A stretch of DNA of 64,000 nucleotides from Psammoneis japonica (GCA_008632985.1 QPGO01000026.1:620001-684000); one strand, 5' to 3'. Shown: positions 23,423-36,590, counted from the first letter of the stretch. The notes: generated from the sequence alone by a model not told the origin. A program made the numbers and translations.

Positions 23423-24478
23423 ATGGACGGCGACGATGCCTCACGCTGCTCGTCGTTGGGCAGCGATGATCCCCTCGATCGAGATTGGCTTAGCGAATCC
23501 CTCCACAGGTTCGAATCTGTCCGCAGCGAGGAGGGACGAGCGCCTCAGCAATGGACAACGAACGCTTCGATGGAGGATAGGGACCGTACGATGATTCCGT
23601 TCACGATTGTAACGTGGAATCTCTGGTTCTCCCGCCACCAATGGCAGGCCCGCCTCGAGGAAGCCATTTGGCAAACGATCCGGGAGGAGCCGGACGTTTT
23701 TTGCTTTCAGGAGGTGACGACCGAGGTACACAGTTGCATGATCAATTGTCGGTATCTATGCGAGAAGTACGAGCCGACGGAGCAGCGTCTCCCACACTGC
23801 TACGACGTAGCGATATGGGTCAGGAAGTGCGAGGCCGGGCGCCGATCGTCACGATGGCAATGCAGAACAATTCCGTTGGAGAGCATATATGGGAGAAGGG
23901 GGCTGTGTGTTGATTTGGAGATCACAACCTTTCTAGATGGAAAATGGGCGAGTCGAGTTTCAAGAGTGAGAATCGTCACAGTTCACCTAGAAAGTGGAAG
24001 GGAAATGGCGGCCGTGAGGATACAGCAATTGGATTGCATCTTCTCTGACATCCGCAGTACTCCATGGTGCGTCGAGGAAAGACATAGGGGTGCACAAGAG
24101 AACAATCCAAAAGATGCGATAGGTACATCGATGCTCCTCGGGGATTTTAATTTGGACCCCTCATTCCCAGAAAACTCGCTGGTGGACTCGAATGGTATTG
24201 ATGTGTGGAAGGCTCTCCGTCCAAACGATGATGGATTCACTGAAGATACGAACAGGAACGAAATGAGATTCCTCGCGCACGGCAAGCACAAAAGGGCTCG
24301 TTACGATAGGGTAGTTCTTGTTCCTCAATGTGTGGGTGAACATGGTGTGAAAGCTCGACCATGTAGCATTGATCTCTTGGGTGCAGAACCATTTGATAAA
24401 AAGGGAGAAATGTGGGTGTCCGATCACTTCGGCCTCATCGCACATCTTTGGTTGAGTGAAAGAATTGTTGATTCATAA
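23423..24478 (+). CDS. Endonuclease/exonuclease/phosphatase (EEP) protein, TDP2-like
   Basis: VTWNLWF, PDVFCFQEVT, TVHLES, GDFN, RYDRV, SDHFGL; intact frame with normal TA/CG content. Confidence 0.85.
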   Translation: MDGDDASRCSSLGSDDPLDRDWLSESLHRFESVRSEEGRAPQQWTTNASMEDRDRTMIPFTIVTWNLWFSRHQWQARLEEAIWQTIREEPDVFCFQEVTTEVHSCMINCRYLCEKYEPTEQRLPHCYDVAIWVRKCEAGRRSSRWQCRTIPLESIYGRRGLCVDLEITTFLDGKWASRVSRVRIVTVHLESGREMAAVRIQQLDCIFSDIRSTPWCVEERHRGAQENNPKDAIGTSMLLGDFNLDPSFPENSLVDSNGIDVWKALRPNDDGFTEDTNRNEMRFLAHGKHKRARYDRVVLVPQCVGEHGVKARPCSIDLLGAEPFDKKGEMWVSDHFGLIAHLWLSERIVDS

Positions 24479-27400
24479 TCTTATCGTATCGAGAAAGAAA
24501 CTGCTGCTTTAGCCTCCTCAGTTAGCGATGGATATGCTACCCCATGAGGGACTGCTGGGCTCATTGAAATACAATAAGTTAGAGAATTGATCTTCGGTTC
24601 TCACTTCGTAGGAATTTTTCTTTACTTGGTTCTAAAGGAATACATAGTCTATGTCCCAACATGAATCTGCTATCTCATTTCAAGTAGCACTAAGCTGCAA
24701 ATCAGGGCACATATGTTTGAGTTTGCTTCCCTGACTGAGAAAGCGCTGCCATCGGTAATCACCATCCTCATCCTCCAACGGAATTATGTGGTTTGCCCAG
24801 GGCGATCCACAAACCAAACACTGCCCATCATTGCACGGTGGGACACTGTGCAGCTTGGCCCACAACCTGCGTCAGCACAATCTTCAGCTGGTGGAGGAAG
24901 AGGCGGTAAGTCTCCAACTGAACAGACCCCCGCCCTTGCCACTCCACGCATTAAGCAGGGCATCTCTCTCGAAATGTAGCATGGGAGCCTCTTTCCTAAC
25001 ATGCTCCTCCAGCAGAGTTGCCTTTTGGCGCTTCTTTTGTCAAGAGACAATGGAGCCTTGGCCTTCAGATCCCACTTGGGCATTGCGCTCCATGACAAGT
25101 CGGCACAAAGAGATGTCCACAAGGCCATGTGCGCACCACATTTTGGCAGCACATCCAGCCACTGGCCAACCCTTGTCAACCTGCAGTGATGCAGTGGCGA
25201 CATCTCCAGGCACTGCGTGGAAATGGCATGTCCCCCCCCACCAAAAAAAAAAAACTGCAGAAGCAGATGTTGAGATTTCATGTCTTTGCACTCATTGTTG
25301 AATGAAGGCCAAGACAGACATGCGGGGCACATTTTAAGCTCTTGCTGGACTCCAGCAATTGTGCTGTTCTCTTCCATCATCCCCCCAAATTCATCTCTCG
25401 CCTGTGCTAGAGCCTCGTGCCTGACCAGGTTCACTGCATCGTCAACATCTTCTTTGTCCCTTCTGTTGTGCTCATGTGGCATGTGTTTTGATCTCGCTCG
25501 TTTGAAGAAATGCATGGAACCCACAAGGGCTCCTTGCATCCTTCATTTGCGCAGGACTGCCCAGCTGGCAGCCCCCCCCCTCCCAAGTCATCAGAAAGCT
25601 GCAGTCTTTGGAAAACAGCATTGTTTCAACTCATCCTGCAATGCTGCATTCTTCTTGCCCACTTCTGGTGGGATCAATGAAAGATCTGCTCCAACTTCAC
25701 CCATCTTTGGTTGAGAGCAATCAGACGGATCACCATCCACAACAAATTTCTCAAAGCATTCAACGAATTGCTTTTCCCTGGCAGAGACAACACCAAGCAG
25801 CTCTGAGGATTGCCAGATCTCCCAGATGGTCTGACAAGGTCCAGCTGCTCAACTTCATGGCAGCTTGATGCCGAGCCACATTTTGAAAATGGCTTGGCGG
25901 GGATGACATGGGGAGGAGCACCATTGCCAAAACAATTGACATCTTGCAGACACAGCAAAATGGCTCACAGAACCACTCATTCACTTTCATTTGATGAGGA
26001 TCCTCTTGGCCAGTGATTGCTGCTGCAGCATTGTTAATTTTTCTGTGCCTTTGATTTTCACTGGATTTTGTGGCAACTTCGCAAATCCATTTGCAGTGTT
26101 TGGCATCATTGTTGCTGTGCACATGCTTGCCTGAGTTTAATCTGGCATGACCAACAATGTTCTCAAAAATGTGGTCTCTGCACTGGCTCTTGCCATTTGC
26201 AGTTTTGCGGAAGAGCAACAGCACATCCACATTTTCTTCTGAGCTTCACTGTGACAACAGAAATTGCAAAAGTGGTTGGCCATCAGAGAGACGCGCCCAA
26301 TTGCATGTCCTGCTGAAGCAAAGACTGCCATCAACCTCAAACCCAGTTCACAGTTCTCCACATCTGAATTTTTCTTGGCATGCTGCAGCACAAAATTGTC
26401 ATCATCAATTGAAGATGCAACCAGCAAACAAAGAATTGCTGGATGCTTCAAAGCCCGTCCAAGAATGTGGTCCAATGCATCAATGGGGCTGACTTCCACA
26501 GAATCAGAGTCATCTGCTTGAGTTCTAATGTGGCCTTGCATTGTGTCTGTGAAGATTGCATGAAGAATTGCCTTGTGACCCTTTTCAGCTTGACACGGGT
26601 TGCCAGGATTCAGCACCCAATTGAGTTTGCCTGGAGCGTCACGGCCAAGCAGCATGAAAAATTCCTCAATGAGGCACGGGCCCAACAGCAGGACATCAAG
26701 TTTCAAGCTTTTCATCTCCAGGTGAAAGCCCTTGGGTGCAACAAAACAGTTGGCAAATTCAGCGTTCTGCTGCTTCAAATTTTTTGTGACAATGGCGGGA
26801 TCACCATCGCATGCATTTGTGATGGATGCGTGTTTCATTGTTGGCTCCCCCCCAACTTGCAATTTTGGCATCGTCCTTTCCATGAGCAAGGATCAGCTTT
26901 TGAACCAAAGTGCTGTGCAAGAGAAGCAACTGATTTGCATGAGATGTTGATGAGTCCAGCTGCAGTGGCAGATCTTTGTCTCCAAGGTCAACACCCAGCA
27001 ACATTCTTTTCTCGTTGTCATCTTCCACCATTGGTGCTTGGCTGCCTCCACCCGATGGGGTGTCCCCTTTTTTGTCAGCCAAATGTGCATCTTGGTGACA
27101 CCAGTCATCAAATTCTGCACTCCAACTTGCTCCACAGCTTGCAATGGTCTCTGCATCTTTGCATGAAATGAGTCATCCATCGCTCTCCAATTTGATCATG
27201 TGTTCCAGCAAATGGAGCAATTCTTGGCCAACATGGTCTGCCACTTTTGCCAATGGCATTGCAACTTCTTTTGCACCAGGAAAGTCTGGTTTCAGAAGGT
27301 GGCACTCATCATGGCAAGCAATTTTTGTGGTGGTTTGTAAAAGCGCTTTTTTGCAACAAAGTCCAAACAGAACCGCACTGAGCAAGGTTGCTTCTCAGAT

Positions 27401-27904
27401 GAAACTCAAACTTGATGCTGCATCATGTGACTAACTTGCCACCACCTTTGAAGGATAAAGTGGCTGGGTTTTGGCCAAATGGACAAGAGAAGCAGTCTCA
27501 AAATGTGCAAAAAATGCCCAAGGTGTTTGTGTTGGGAAGTGGAGTTGCTGTCTTGGGCAAGTCTCCATTTTGTGCAATTGCACCATTTCAAGCTCAAGTG
27601 CAGGTTGTTGCAAACAGCCATGAGAAGCCTCCAAAAACTGTGTCCAGTGGCAATGGTGTGGAGCAAGAGGTCACACATCATGCAGAGAGATTGAGCCCAA
27701 TCTGCAGAGGCCTTCTTCCTCCAAATGTGACAAAAAGGTGAGACACCAACAACCTGGGTGTCCCACCTGCCGTCAAGAATTTTTGAATTGCAGCCAAGGA
27801 ACTTTTCTGTTTGATCCAAGACTGCGCTGATTTGTCAAACCTGCAATTGCAAAACATTCAAAAACAAATGTCTTCATCCCTGAAGCAAACAATTTCTCTG
27901 CTGC

Positions 27905-28860
27905 CTCAGAGGTGCACAAATCGTCTGTTGTCGTTCGCACATGTGCACTCGCACACTCAGAGTGCGCACGAACAACAAAACGATGAGGTGGCTCACGCTG
28001 GTGTGTTTCGCTGTGACAGCGTGCGGTTTTGAGAGAATTTTTGTGGGGTGAAAAGCGGTTCGATCGCCAAATTCTTGCACAACATCACGACGCATCGACA
28101 ACGCATCATGCAGCTTTCTTTCGAAAGCAGAGCAGTGGCACCTCGACTTGGGGCTTCCTTCTCCATCCATGACATCTGCTTCATTTGTGATGGCAAGTGA
28201 GGTGCAGCAGGACTGTGGTTTGTGGAGAAAATGTGTGATTTAGACTTGCAGCCTGATTGTTTTTTTCTTTGCATTTGCTGTCCGGTGTTTCGTCATTGGC
28301 TTCTCTCAGGATTGATTTTCACCGGAAAGTGCACATTCCAGGCATCAAACACGTCACAAGTGACAGCACATCAAAGGTGTCTGGCAGTGTCATTGCTGTG
28401 AGTTGAACCCGAATTGGTGTGGTGGCAACTGCCAGTGTTTTTGGCTGAAGCAAAATGGAGTGCACTCTGCATTGAGCGCGTTTCTTCCGCTTTCTGCGGT
28501 TTGTGGCTTTGTCATCTGCATGTCAAAGAAATGCTCTCAAGTGCTCCATCATCCATTTCTTGTGCTGCCATGACCATGGGTGACATCTGTGAGTTGATCG
28601 AAGCCAAATTGCTTTGGTTGCATCCATTGTTTGGGTGATTCAAAACAGCACGCATTTCTTGCGAGCTCGTGCTCTCCACTTTTTGCAGCTCATGGTTTGG
28701 ATGGCTGCATGTTAAAGACACATTCTCACAGACTCTGTCATCTGTTTTTTTGTTGTTGCCAAGGAAGCATGTGTGGGTTCATTTGACGATGATGACTCAC
28801 AACGGCGCGCAGAGCCTCATGTCTCATGAGCTTGTGTTTTCTCTGCTTTGTAAAGTGCAT
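27905..28860 (+). repeat. Long repeat, inverted relative to ~32460-33790
   Basis: 28141 cctcgacttggggcttccttctccatccatgacatctgcttcatttgtgatggcaagtga matches the reverse complement of ~33405-33465; match extends both ways. Confidence 0.85.
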
Positions 28861-30246
28861 TGCTCTTGAGGCTGTGGGACCTCGTAGCTGTGCTTTTTGA
28901 ACAGTCAGACGACTTCATGATAATTTGGTTGAAGGATCAGATTTTTCAAGAGCAATTGCGGGAAAGGGGCATTTGAATTTGTGCCGTTTGTTGGCGCCAT
29001 TGTTCTTCTGCTGCTGTCAAATGACCATGACATGAGAACCGTGGCCCTGACGTGTCTGAAGTGCATGCCAGAGGTGGATTCTTGCACATTGTTGAGAGAA
29101 CTCCTGAGTGCAAGTGGTCGAGGGTTGCCAGACAGAGTCATCAATCCTCAATCAAGGAGCACAAGTTCTGTCGACATCAAGCATCATGACACGAGTTTGC
29201 AAGTGGAGGGAGCAGCAGAGTTGTTGGATTTTGTCGAGACACTTCCTGAACAGCCTCTCTGATCTTTGGCTGACTGACAGCGGCCTTTGCCCTTTTGCTG
29301 TGCACAGAAGAGCAGAGGACATTGCCGGTTGAGAGAGGTTGAAGGAGAGACGAGCTGAATTGATCGCCAATGAAATGCCAAAAAGAACCCGAACAAAACT
29401 GAATGGTTTGTTTGGGATTCTCAATTCACTTGGACTCATTTCCTGCCCTGCCTTGAAGCCCTGTAAAGAAGGAATGCCCAAAGCCATGTGGCAAAAGCTG
29501 CTCCAGGGCCCTGCTGTAGAGGGCCCCATCTCTGCTCAGCTGGTGCTCTCTGCTGGGACCCAGCTAGAGAGACGAGAGAGTGCGCTGCCCTCTGGAGCAG
29601 AGTCTGCCCACCTGTCGCTGGCTGAAGCAATGATCCGCGCCAATGGAAAACATGGTGCAAGCACTCTCCAGTGGTCACCTCGAGCACAACACTGACATGG
29701 AAACAGGTGCACTTCCACACTTTGATTGTTGCAGCCAAGAGGGAACATGTCCACTTTGTCATGACACTTGCAACACAGCCTCAAAACAGCAACAGTTTCT
29801 GGGTGACATCTGAAGCCACTCTCCTTCTTGTCATCAGACTCATCTGCTCCATTCACAATCCCCTTGTGCACGGTGCTCAATTTCTGCACCAGTTGGGCAA
29901 CAGATGGCACCAACGGACCGGTCCATTCTGGAACAATGCATTTGCATCATCTCTTTCATTGTCCACTGCTGCTGATGATCTCATGATGTCCCCAGCTGTC
30001 CTTTCTGAAGTGAAAGAAACAACAATGCCTTGGACATCCTTTCTTGATGCCAACGGCACTTGCATGTGTCCATGCATGTTGTCTAAAGCAGCATTTTCCT
30101 CCACGACAATGCACTCAGAATCATGCACAACACCCATGCCATGGGCAGTGTCTGCATCCATGGGAGTGGCAATGTTGCCAAATGCCCCTCCAACCCCCAG
30201 GCAAAGGTTCCAACTGAACATGCCTCCATCATCTGCACTGAGGCAC

Positions 30247-31281
30247 ATGGACTGCCTCATTCCCATCCTCTCCATCAATTTGAGGTAAAAATGATGCCTT
30301 GCAACAACCATTTCACCTTTTCCTTTGAACCCTCCCCCAAGCAGACAAACAAATGATGCTCTCAATGCAACAGCAGATTCTTCGTCCCATCTGGAATGTG
30401 ACAATGACCCAACAATGGATGCGGCATTTGTGTGTCAACACACTGCTTCACAATGTTGGCACAGCACTTTTTGCATTTGCTCCAATTGCATTGGCGCAGA
30501 TCATGTGTCAGCAACTGTGACCTTGGCATGTTGCATGGAGCAAATGACACCAGCACAAGTGATTTTGCTGCTGGGCATGACAGAATGTGGATGCAAACTT
30601 GTCATTTGGTGCGCATTGCGTCACGGCGAGTTTGGAGAAATTTGGATTTCGCCCCATAAAAATTCTCTCAGAACCGCACATTGTCACAGATCTTTTTGTC
30701 GCTCATCCACGTCCGTGAGCCCAGAGGTGCACAAATCGTCTTGTCGTCTGCGCGTGTGCTTCCTTGTGCACAATCAATGTGCAAACAACAAAACGATGAG
30801 GTGGCTCATGGACGCAGAAGGGCTGCGAAAGCTCTGTGACAACGTGCTGCACGTGAGAGAATGTTTGTGGGGCGAAGTTCCAAATTTTTGCAAATTTGCC
30901 GTGACGCAACGCGCACCACATGACAAGTTTGCATCCACATTCTGCCACACCCAGCAGCACAATTGCTTGTGCTGACATCATTTGCTCCATGCAACATGCC
31001 AAGGTCACAGTTGCTGACATGTGATCTGTGCCAATGCAATTGGAGTGAATGTAAAAAGCACTGTGCCGACACTGCAAAGTGTTGCATTGACACACAAACG
31101 CCGCATCCATTGTTGGGTTGTTGTCGTGTTCCGGGTGGGATGAAGAAATCCACTGTTGCCTTGAGAGCATCATTTGTTCATCTGCTTGGGGGGGGGGATT
31201 CAAAGGAAAAGGTGAAATGGCTGTTGCAAGGCATCATTTTTACCTCAAATTGATGGAGAGGATGGGAACAAGGCAGTCTGT
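30247..31281. mobile_element. ~1.03-kb foldback/MITE-like element: ~445-bp inverted arms (30247-30690, 30833-31281) around a ~140-bp core
   Basis: Arms align end to end (cccatcctctccatcaatttgaggtaaaaatgatgccttgcaac vs its reverse complement at ~31224-31267); no TSD identified. Confidence 0.85.
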
Positions 31282-31299
31282 CAGCATCTTTGGGGCGAG

Positions 31300-32290
31300 A
31301 TGGCAAAGGGATGTGAGAAGTTTGGCCGCCGGGGTGTTGAGCGGTCATTCATGGCGCAGCTGCACAAATTACAAACAGATCTTGAGAGGATGGCAACTCG
31401 CCATTCGATTCTTCCAAAGGCTCTGCAGGTGGAAACTGCGGCTGACGGCACATTGCAAAAGCTGTCAGCTTTCCACGCACTTGTCGTTGACTTTGTTGGC
31501 TCCAACTTTCAAGAAGAATTCATGCAAACTCTGGACAACACTGTGGCCGACGGCATCTTCCAAGAGCCATGGAGCACAGATGAAATTGTTGAAAAAGCAA
31601 TGGCCAAAGACAACAAGAGATGGGAAGCAATCGCGTCATCAGCAGACAAAACATCTCAAGAGGACGCAAACAAGGAAGTGACGTGGTTCCTTGGCTGGGC
31701 AACAGCGAATGTGTGCAACCACTTTGAAACAGACTCTGAGGATGAAAAACAAGCAACAGCAATTCTTGATGAGATGGTCATTGACAAAATGGAGCTGAAA
31801 AGCTCAGCACCATCCGTTCAAGAAATGGCACATCCCAGCATTCTCAAGCTGAAAGACGAGTCTCGAGGCCACGCCGGAAAAGAGGACTGCACCCTTGTGT
31901 CTCCAAAGTTTTTCTCTTTTGGTCTGCAATTGCTGGCTGCAATCCATGGTTTCTTCAATGAAACAACAACAAAGAAGCTTGGCGATGATGGCGCGGCAGC
32001 AGCATGCGAGAAACTTGCCAACGAGGCGGTTGAATTGAGGTGGAATGATTTCACAATGTTGATTCCAGAGAGCGCATGCAACAGTGAGTGCGATGAAACC
32101 ATCGAGAGCCTTTTCGTCTTCATTGTCCAAAAAACATTTGTTGCACGTGCATCGTGAGTCGTTGATGATTTCCGGGAGGAACACACCAGCAGGTGTGCAT
32201 CAAAAGCCGTTGATGTTGCATTGCGGGAGGGATTGAAGGCAGTGGCAAAACGGGCAAGCAAAAAAGAGGATGTTGGCAAAGGAGAGTGAA
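31300..32290 (+). pseudogene. Decayed coding sequence (285-aa Tyr-free ORF), family unknown, possibly TE-borne
   Basis: Protein-like composition; frame appears to continue past TGA 32155-32157. Confidence 0.4.
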
Positions 32291-32459
32291 TGACAACAAT
32301 GCACCTTTCAATCTTGCCTTGCTGTTCATTGCCACACATTTTAAGAAGCAACACATGGCAGTCCAAACCACGCCAAAGCACATCCATGAAAACAGCACAA
32401 TGATGCTGATGCCGATGCACGGCACAAGCAAGACTGCCCACTCTGCTTCAAATGGGTCC

Positions 32460-33790
32460 CTTGAAGTTTCCCATGGCAATGGCACAAGCAGCAAACAAAA
32501 GAGTCCGTGAGAGCCTTTCTTTCACATGCAGCTGGTTGTCCAAGCCATGCACGGCAAACAGCAGATGAGACAAGCTCACAAATGTGCGCCACTTTGCTTC
32601 TCTCAAACAACAGATGCAACCAAGCCACTTCAGAACGAGTCAACTGACAGATGCTTCCTGTGGTGATGGCACAAGAAACAGATGATGGAGTCCATGAGTG
32701 TGTGTCTTCAACATGCAGCTGTCCAAGCCATGAACTGTAAAAAGTGGAGAATGCAAGCTCACAAGATGTGCGCACCTTTTTTTGAATTGCCGGGACACCC
32801 GATGCAACCCAAGCAATTTGGATTGAATGAACTGACAGACACTTCCTGTGGCAATGGCACAACAAATGGACAATGGAGCCCGTGAGAGTGCAACAATCCT
32901 TTGACATGCAGCCATCCAAGCCATGAACCGTAAAAAGCAGAGAGTGCGAGCGCACAAGAGCTGAGTGCCATTTTGCTTCGCCCAAACAACAATTGAAACC
33001 AACACAATTCAGACCCATCAACTGACAGATGCTTCCTGTGGCAATGGTGCAACAAACAGAAAATGGAGTCCGTGAGAGCATTGCTTTGATTTGCCCAAAC
33101 CACAAACTGCAACAACAGGAAAATGCAAGCTTGCAAGAGCTGTGCACCGTTTTGTGTCACCCAAACAAGACATGCAACCAAACCCATTCGGATTTGATCA
33201 ACTTGCAGTTGTGACACTGCCAGACCCCTTTGACATGTTGTAACTTGGAAGATGTTTGATGCCGGGAATGCACTCTCACCTGGCAAAATTCATCCTGAGA
33301 GAAGCCAATGACGAAACACCTGACGGCAACAACAAAGAAAAAAACACTGAGGTTGTAAATCTAAATTGCACATTTTCTCCACAACCAACAGCCCCACTGC
33401 ACTTCACTTGCCATCACAAATGAAGCAGATGTTGTAGATGGAGAAGGAAGCAGCAAGTTGAGGTGTCACAGCTCTGCTTTTGAAAGAGAGCTGCATGATG
33501 TGTTGATGATGCATGGTGTTGTTGTGTGAGATTTTGGCGATGAGCCACTTCTCGCCCCATGAAAATTCTCTCATGTGTGGCACGTCGTCACAGCCAGAAG
33601 TGCTGCCATGATCCGCCTCATTGTTTTGTTGTTCGTGCACGCACTGAGTGTGCAAATGTGCGTGTGCGAATGACAACAGACGATTTGTGCACCTCTGCGT
33701 GAGCCACCTCATTGTTTTGTCGTTCGCGTGTTGATTGCACACAAGGAAGCACACGCGCGGACGACAAGATGATTTGTGCACCTCTGTGCT
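32460..33790 (-). repeat. Inverted partner of 27905-28860, with ~4 x ~189-bp and 2 x ~90-bp tandem units
   Basis: aactgacaga..cttcctgtgg at ~32642, ~32830, ~33020; gatttgtgcacctctg at ~33682 and ~33771. Confidence 0.8.
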
Positions 33791-35986
33791 GCCTGTGCAA
33801 GACTGCCAGGTGATTTGTGTCTCCATGCCAAGTTCTGAATGAAACACAACTGAACATCCTGGATCAAAACCTCTCCAGTCATGCATCAAGTCAAGCTCTT
33901 CTTTGCTCCAAATGTTTTGCTCTTTCTCCATGTCATTCTTTGTTTTTGTGTGATGCCCCTCGCGCTGCTCTTCCTCATTTGTTTTGCCATCTCAGCACAG
34001 CACAAAGTGCGCTCTTTTGGCCCTGCTCCTTGCCAGCTGATTGCTGCACTGTGTGTGATCAACATTTGCTTTTGTTGCATTTGCCTTGCTGTTTGTCCAA
34101 CATGCTTCATTGGGGATGCAGTCTGATGGCCTTGTTCTCCTTGATGCAAACATTCTGGGTTCAGTTCCATGCATGGTCTTGCCCGGCATGTTGCTGCCAA
34201 CTGTCTCCGTTCCATGGGTCCGACCAAGTCTTTCAGTTGCCTGCATTGCACACTGAGTGGTTTCAACTCCAAAACCAAGTGCAGCATCACCTCTCCTGCC
34301 ACTGCACCACTTTTCTGCTGTTCTCTCTTCACCAGGAACACAGCAACATTCAAGTGCCAAAACATCCTCCCTTTCTGGTGGTGCACTGCTTTCTTCACTT
34401 CCTTGGGATGTTGCTCCTGTTGCCTCTCTTGCGCACAGCAGCAATGGCAGACCCAAATGATCTCATTGCCAAGCTCCCTTTTCCAATGTCACCCTTCATC
34501 TCCAGAAGCATGCTCCCTGCCAAGAGAAGGAGGAAGCTCCCCAACAATGCTCTTCTGCCATCTCAAATCCCCCCAGCTCATTTTCCCCTGCAGAGGACAA
34601 CTCATTTGGCAACAATGACTGCGACCCAATGTCTGGCTTTGCCGATGACACCCCCCCCCACCACCCACCCATTCCTGAAGTCCTTTTGGACCCAGATCCT
34701 CCTCCTCCCATGGCTTCCAAGAATGCTCCTCCTGTCAAAGTGGGGTGGCTTTCTTCAGCATTTCTTGGCCAAATGTTGCTGCATCCTTGCCTGCCCAACA
34801 GGTGGCGAGGACAACACTCCTCAGTGCCATGTGCCTGACTGCGGGGAAAAGCAGATGACAAGCAACCACCAAACCAGCACAGCCACCACCAGCATCAATG
34901 AAGCTGAAAGTGCTGTTTGACCTGCAGCCAAACACAGGGGTGAATGGCCCAAAACCTCAGGGCCAAAGTGGAAATCACATGCCCCATCATGTGATTCTGC
35001 ACCGCAACCAGGAACATGACCAAGTTGATGCTTGGCATTTGGTGTTGTGGTGCAGGGAAGCCGCACTCTGGCAGTTGTGGACATTTGACACAAAACCGTG
35101 CCCACTTGACAACCATGTCATTTGAAACAAAGTGACAAGAAACAATTGTGTGTGAATTTGTGGCAAAGTGGGTTGGCGAATGTGATGTGTGGTGTGTGCA
35201 CGTTCATTGTTCAGAGGAAAACAACAGCTCTTTTTGGGTGACAGTGGCAGCAGCTGGAGAAGAAGCACAGCGTTTGTTGGGATGAATCAAACTGCAATGC
35301 ATTGGCAGAGCAAAGGTGTCAAAAATGTGGAGAGTGTGTCCAACTCAGATGTCAACATGAAACTGCAATGAGAGTCACAGAATTGAAACACACAAAAAAT
35401 GTCAACTGGTGTGTGTGTGTGTGTGGCTTGTGTTGCAATGCAATTCAAAACAGTGGAGGGTTTAAAAAAGTGCAAATGTCAAGTTGGAAACAAGCTCAGA
35501 AATCTGATGCAGATGTCATTTTGAATGAATCTGGGGAAGGGAACAACGGCACAATGGGAGAAGATCACTTGCAAAGTGAGCTCATTTTGCAACTTCTCAT
35601 GTCACAAACTGGACAGGATGGGCAAACAGCGCAGCACAAGAACTGCCTGTTGGAACAGGAAAGAAGATGGAGGAGATGGTTGTCATGGGAAATTCCATGC
35701 AAGATGGTGGGAGCACCACATCCAGCAGCAAGTTGGGTTGGAGAGAGGGACAGAGAAATGCAGAAGCACCAACAAGTTGCTGTCCACCATTTTGGTGTTC
35801 TTTGCAGTCACCATGAGTCCAGCCACCATGAGTCCAGCAGCAGGCAGCAGGATTGTTCAATGCCTGAACACAAATGAGTGTGAAGAACTCAGCTGCTTCC
35901 AGTTGGCAAGCAGAGACTCCAGCTCTGTTGTGACTCCAACGGAGGGATGTCATGTGCCAGATTGAGCTGCAGCAGTTGTCCAGAAG

Positions 35987-36590
35987 TTGACAGGGTCAAT
36001 GTTGATGAAGGTTGTCAACAAAAGTGTGTGGCCGCATCACAAGTTCACAATCTTTGACAAGGAACTTGCAGCAGGAGGAGCGCACATGAAAATGGTTCTG
36101 CAAGAGTCAAGGAGCACAACATCTTTGCCAGAGGCATTCTGGTGTGAATGCAAAGAGGTGTTCAGAAAAACTCAACCACAAATGGAACAATGTGCAGGAC
36201 AACACAAGGAGGAGAACAGCAGGTGGGCAAAACAGCACATGTGTTTGCCAGTTGTGCACAGGATTGTCCAGTGGGCAAAGTGTCAGCTCTTTTGTTTTTG
36301 TCAATGCAGCTGCTGCTTTGGAGGGGCTGCTGGTTCAGTGTGATGATGTGATCAAGGGCAGGGCAGACAAAGACACACGTGTGTGGTTCTTGGAAACAGT
36401 GGCACCAACTGCGGTGGGCCAAGTGCAATTTGGCAGAAGCAATGCAACAGATTTGCTTGGAGAGAGGCTCGCCACATCATCAAAGGCCTTTGCTTTGCTG
36501 GCACACGTAAACTGCCATGTCATGGTGCTGGTTGACACAGCGGAGAAGTTGGAGAAGGGTGCAACAACATTGCAGGGTGCAGGAAGATGA
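35987..36590 (+). mobile_element. Decayed ORF resembling accessory proteins of diatom DNA transposons
   Basis: VWPHHKF...FW...KLNHKWNNV and ATSSKAFALLAHVNCH recall a 'T.SDEAFALL..ENY'-type motif; family from memory, unverified. Confidence 0.3.

Noticed and set aside
23423..24478. EEP gene as the endonuclease of a non-LTR retrotransposon
   Set aside because: Stand-alone ORF ending soon after SDH, HLES motif as in TDP2, no RT downstream.
24680..27400. Possible decayed IBR/RING-like gene on the minus strand (MCPAC..P..N..C.D)
   Set aside because: Cys/His are inflated by the TG/CA bias, so the motif is unreliable without back-mutation and profile search.
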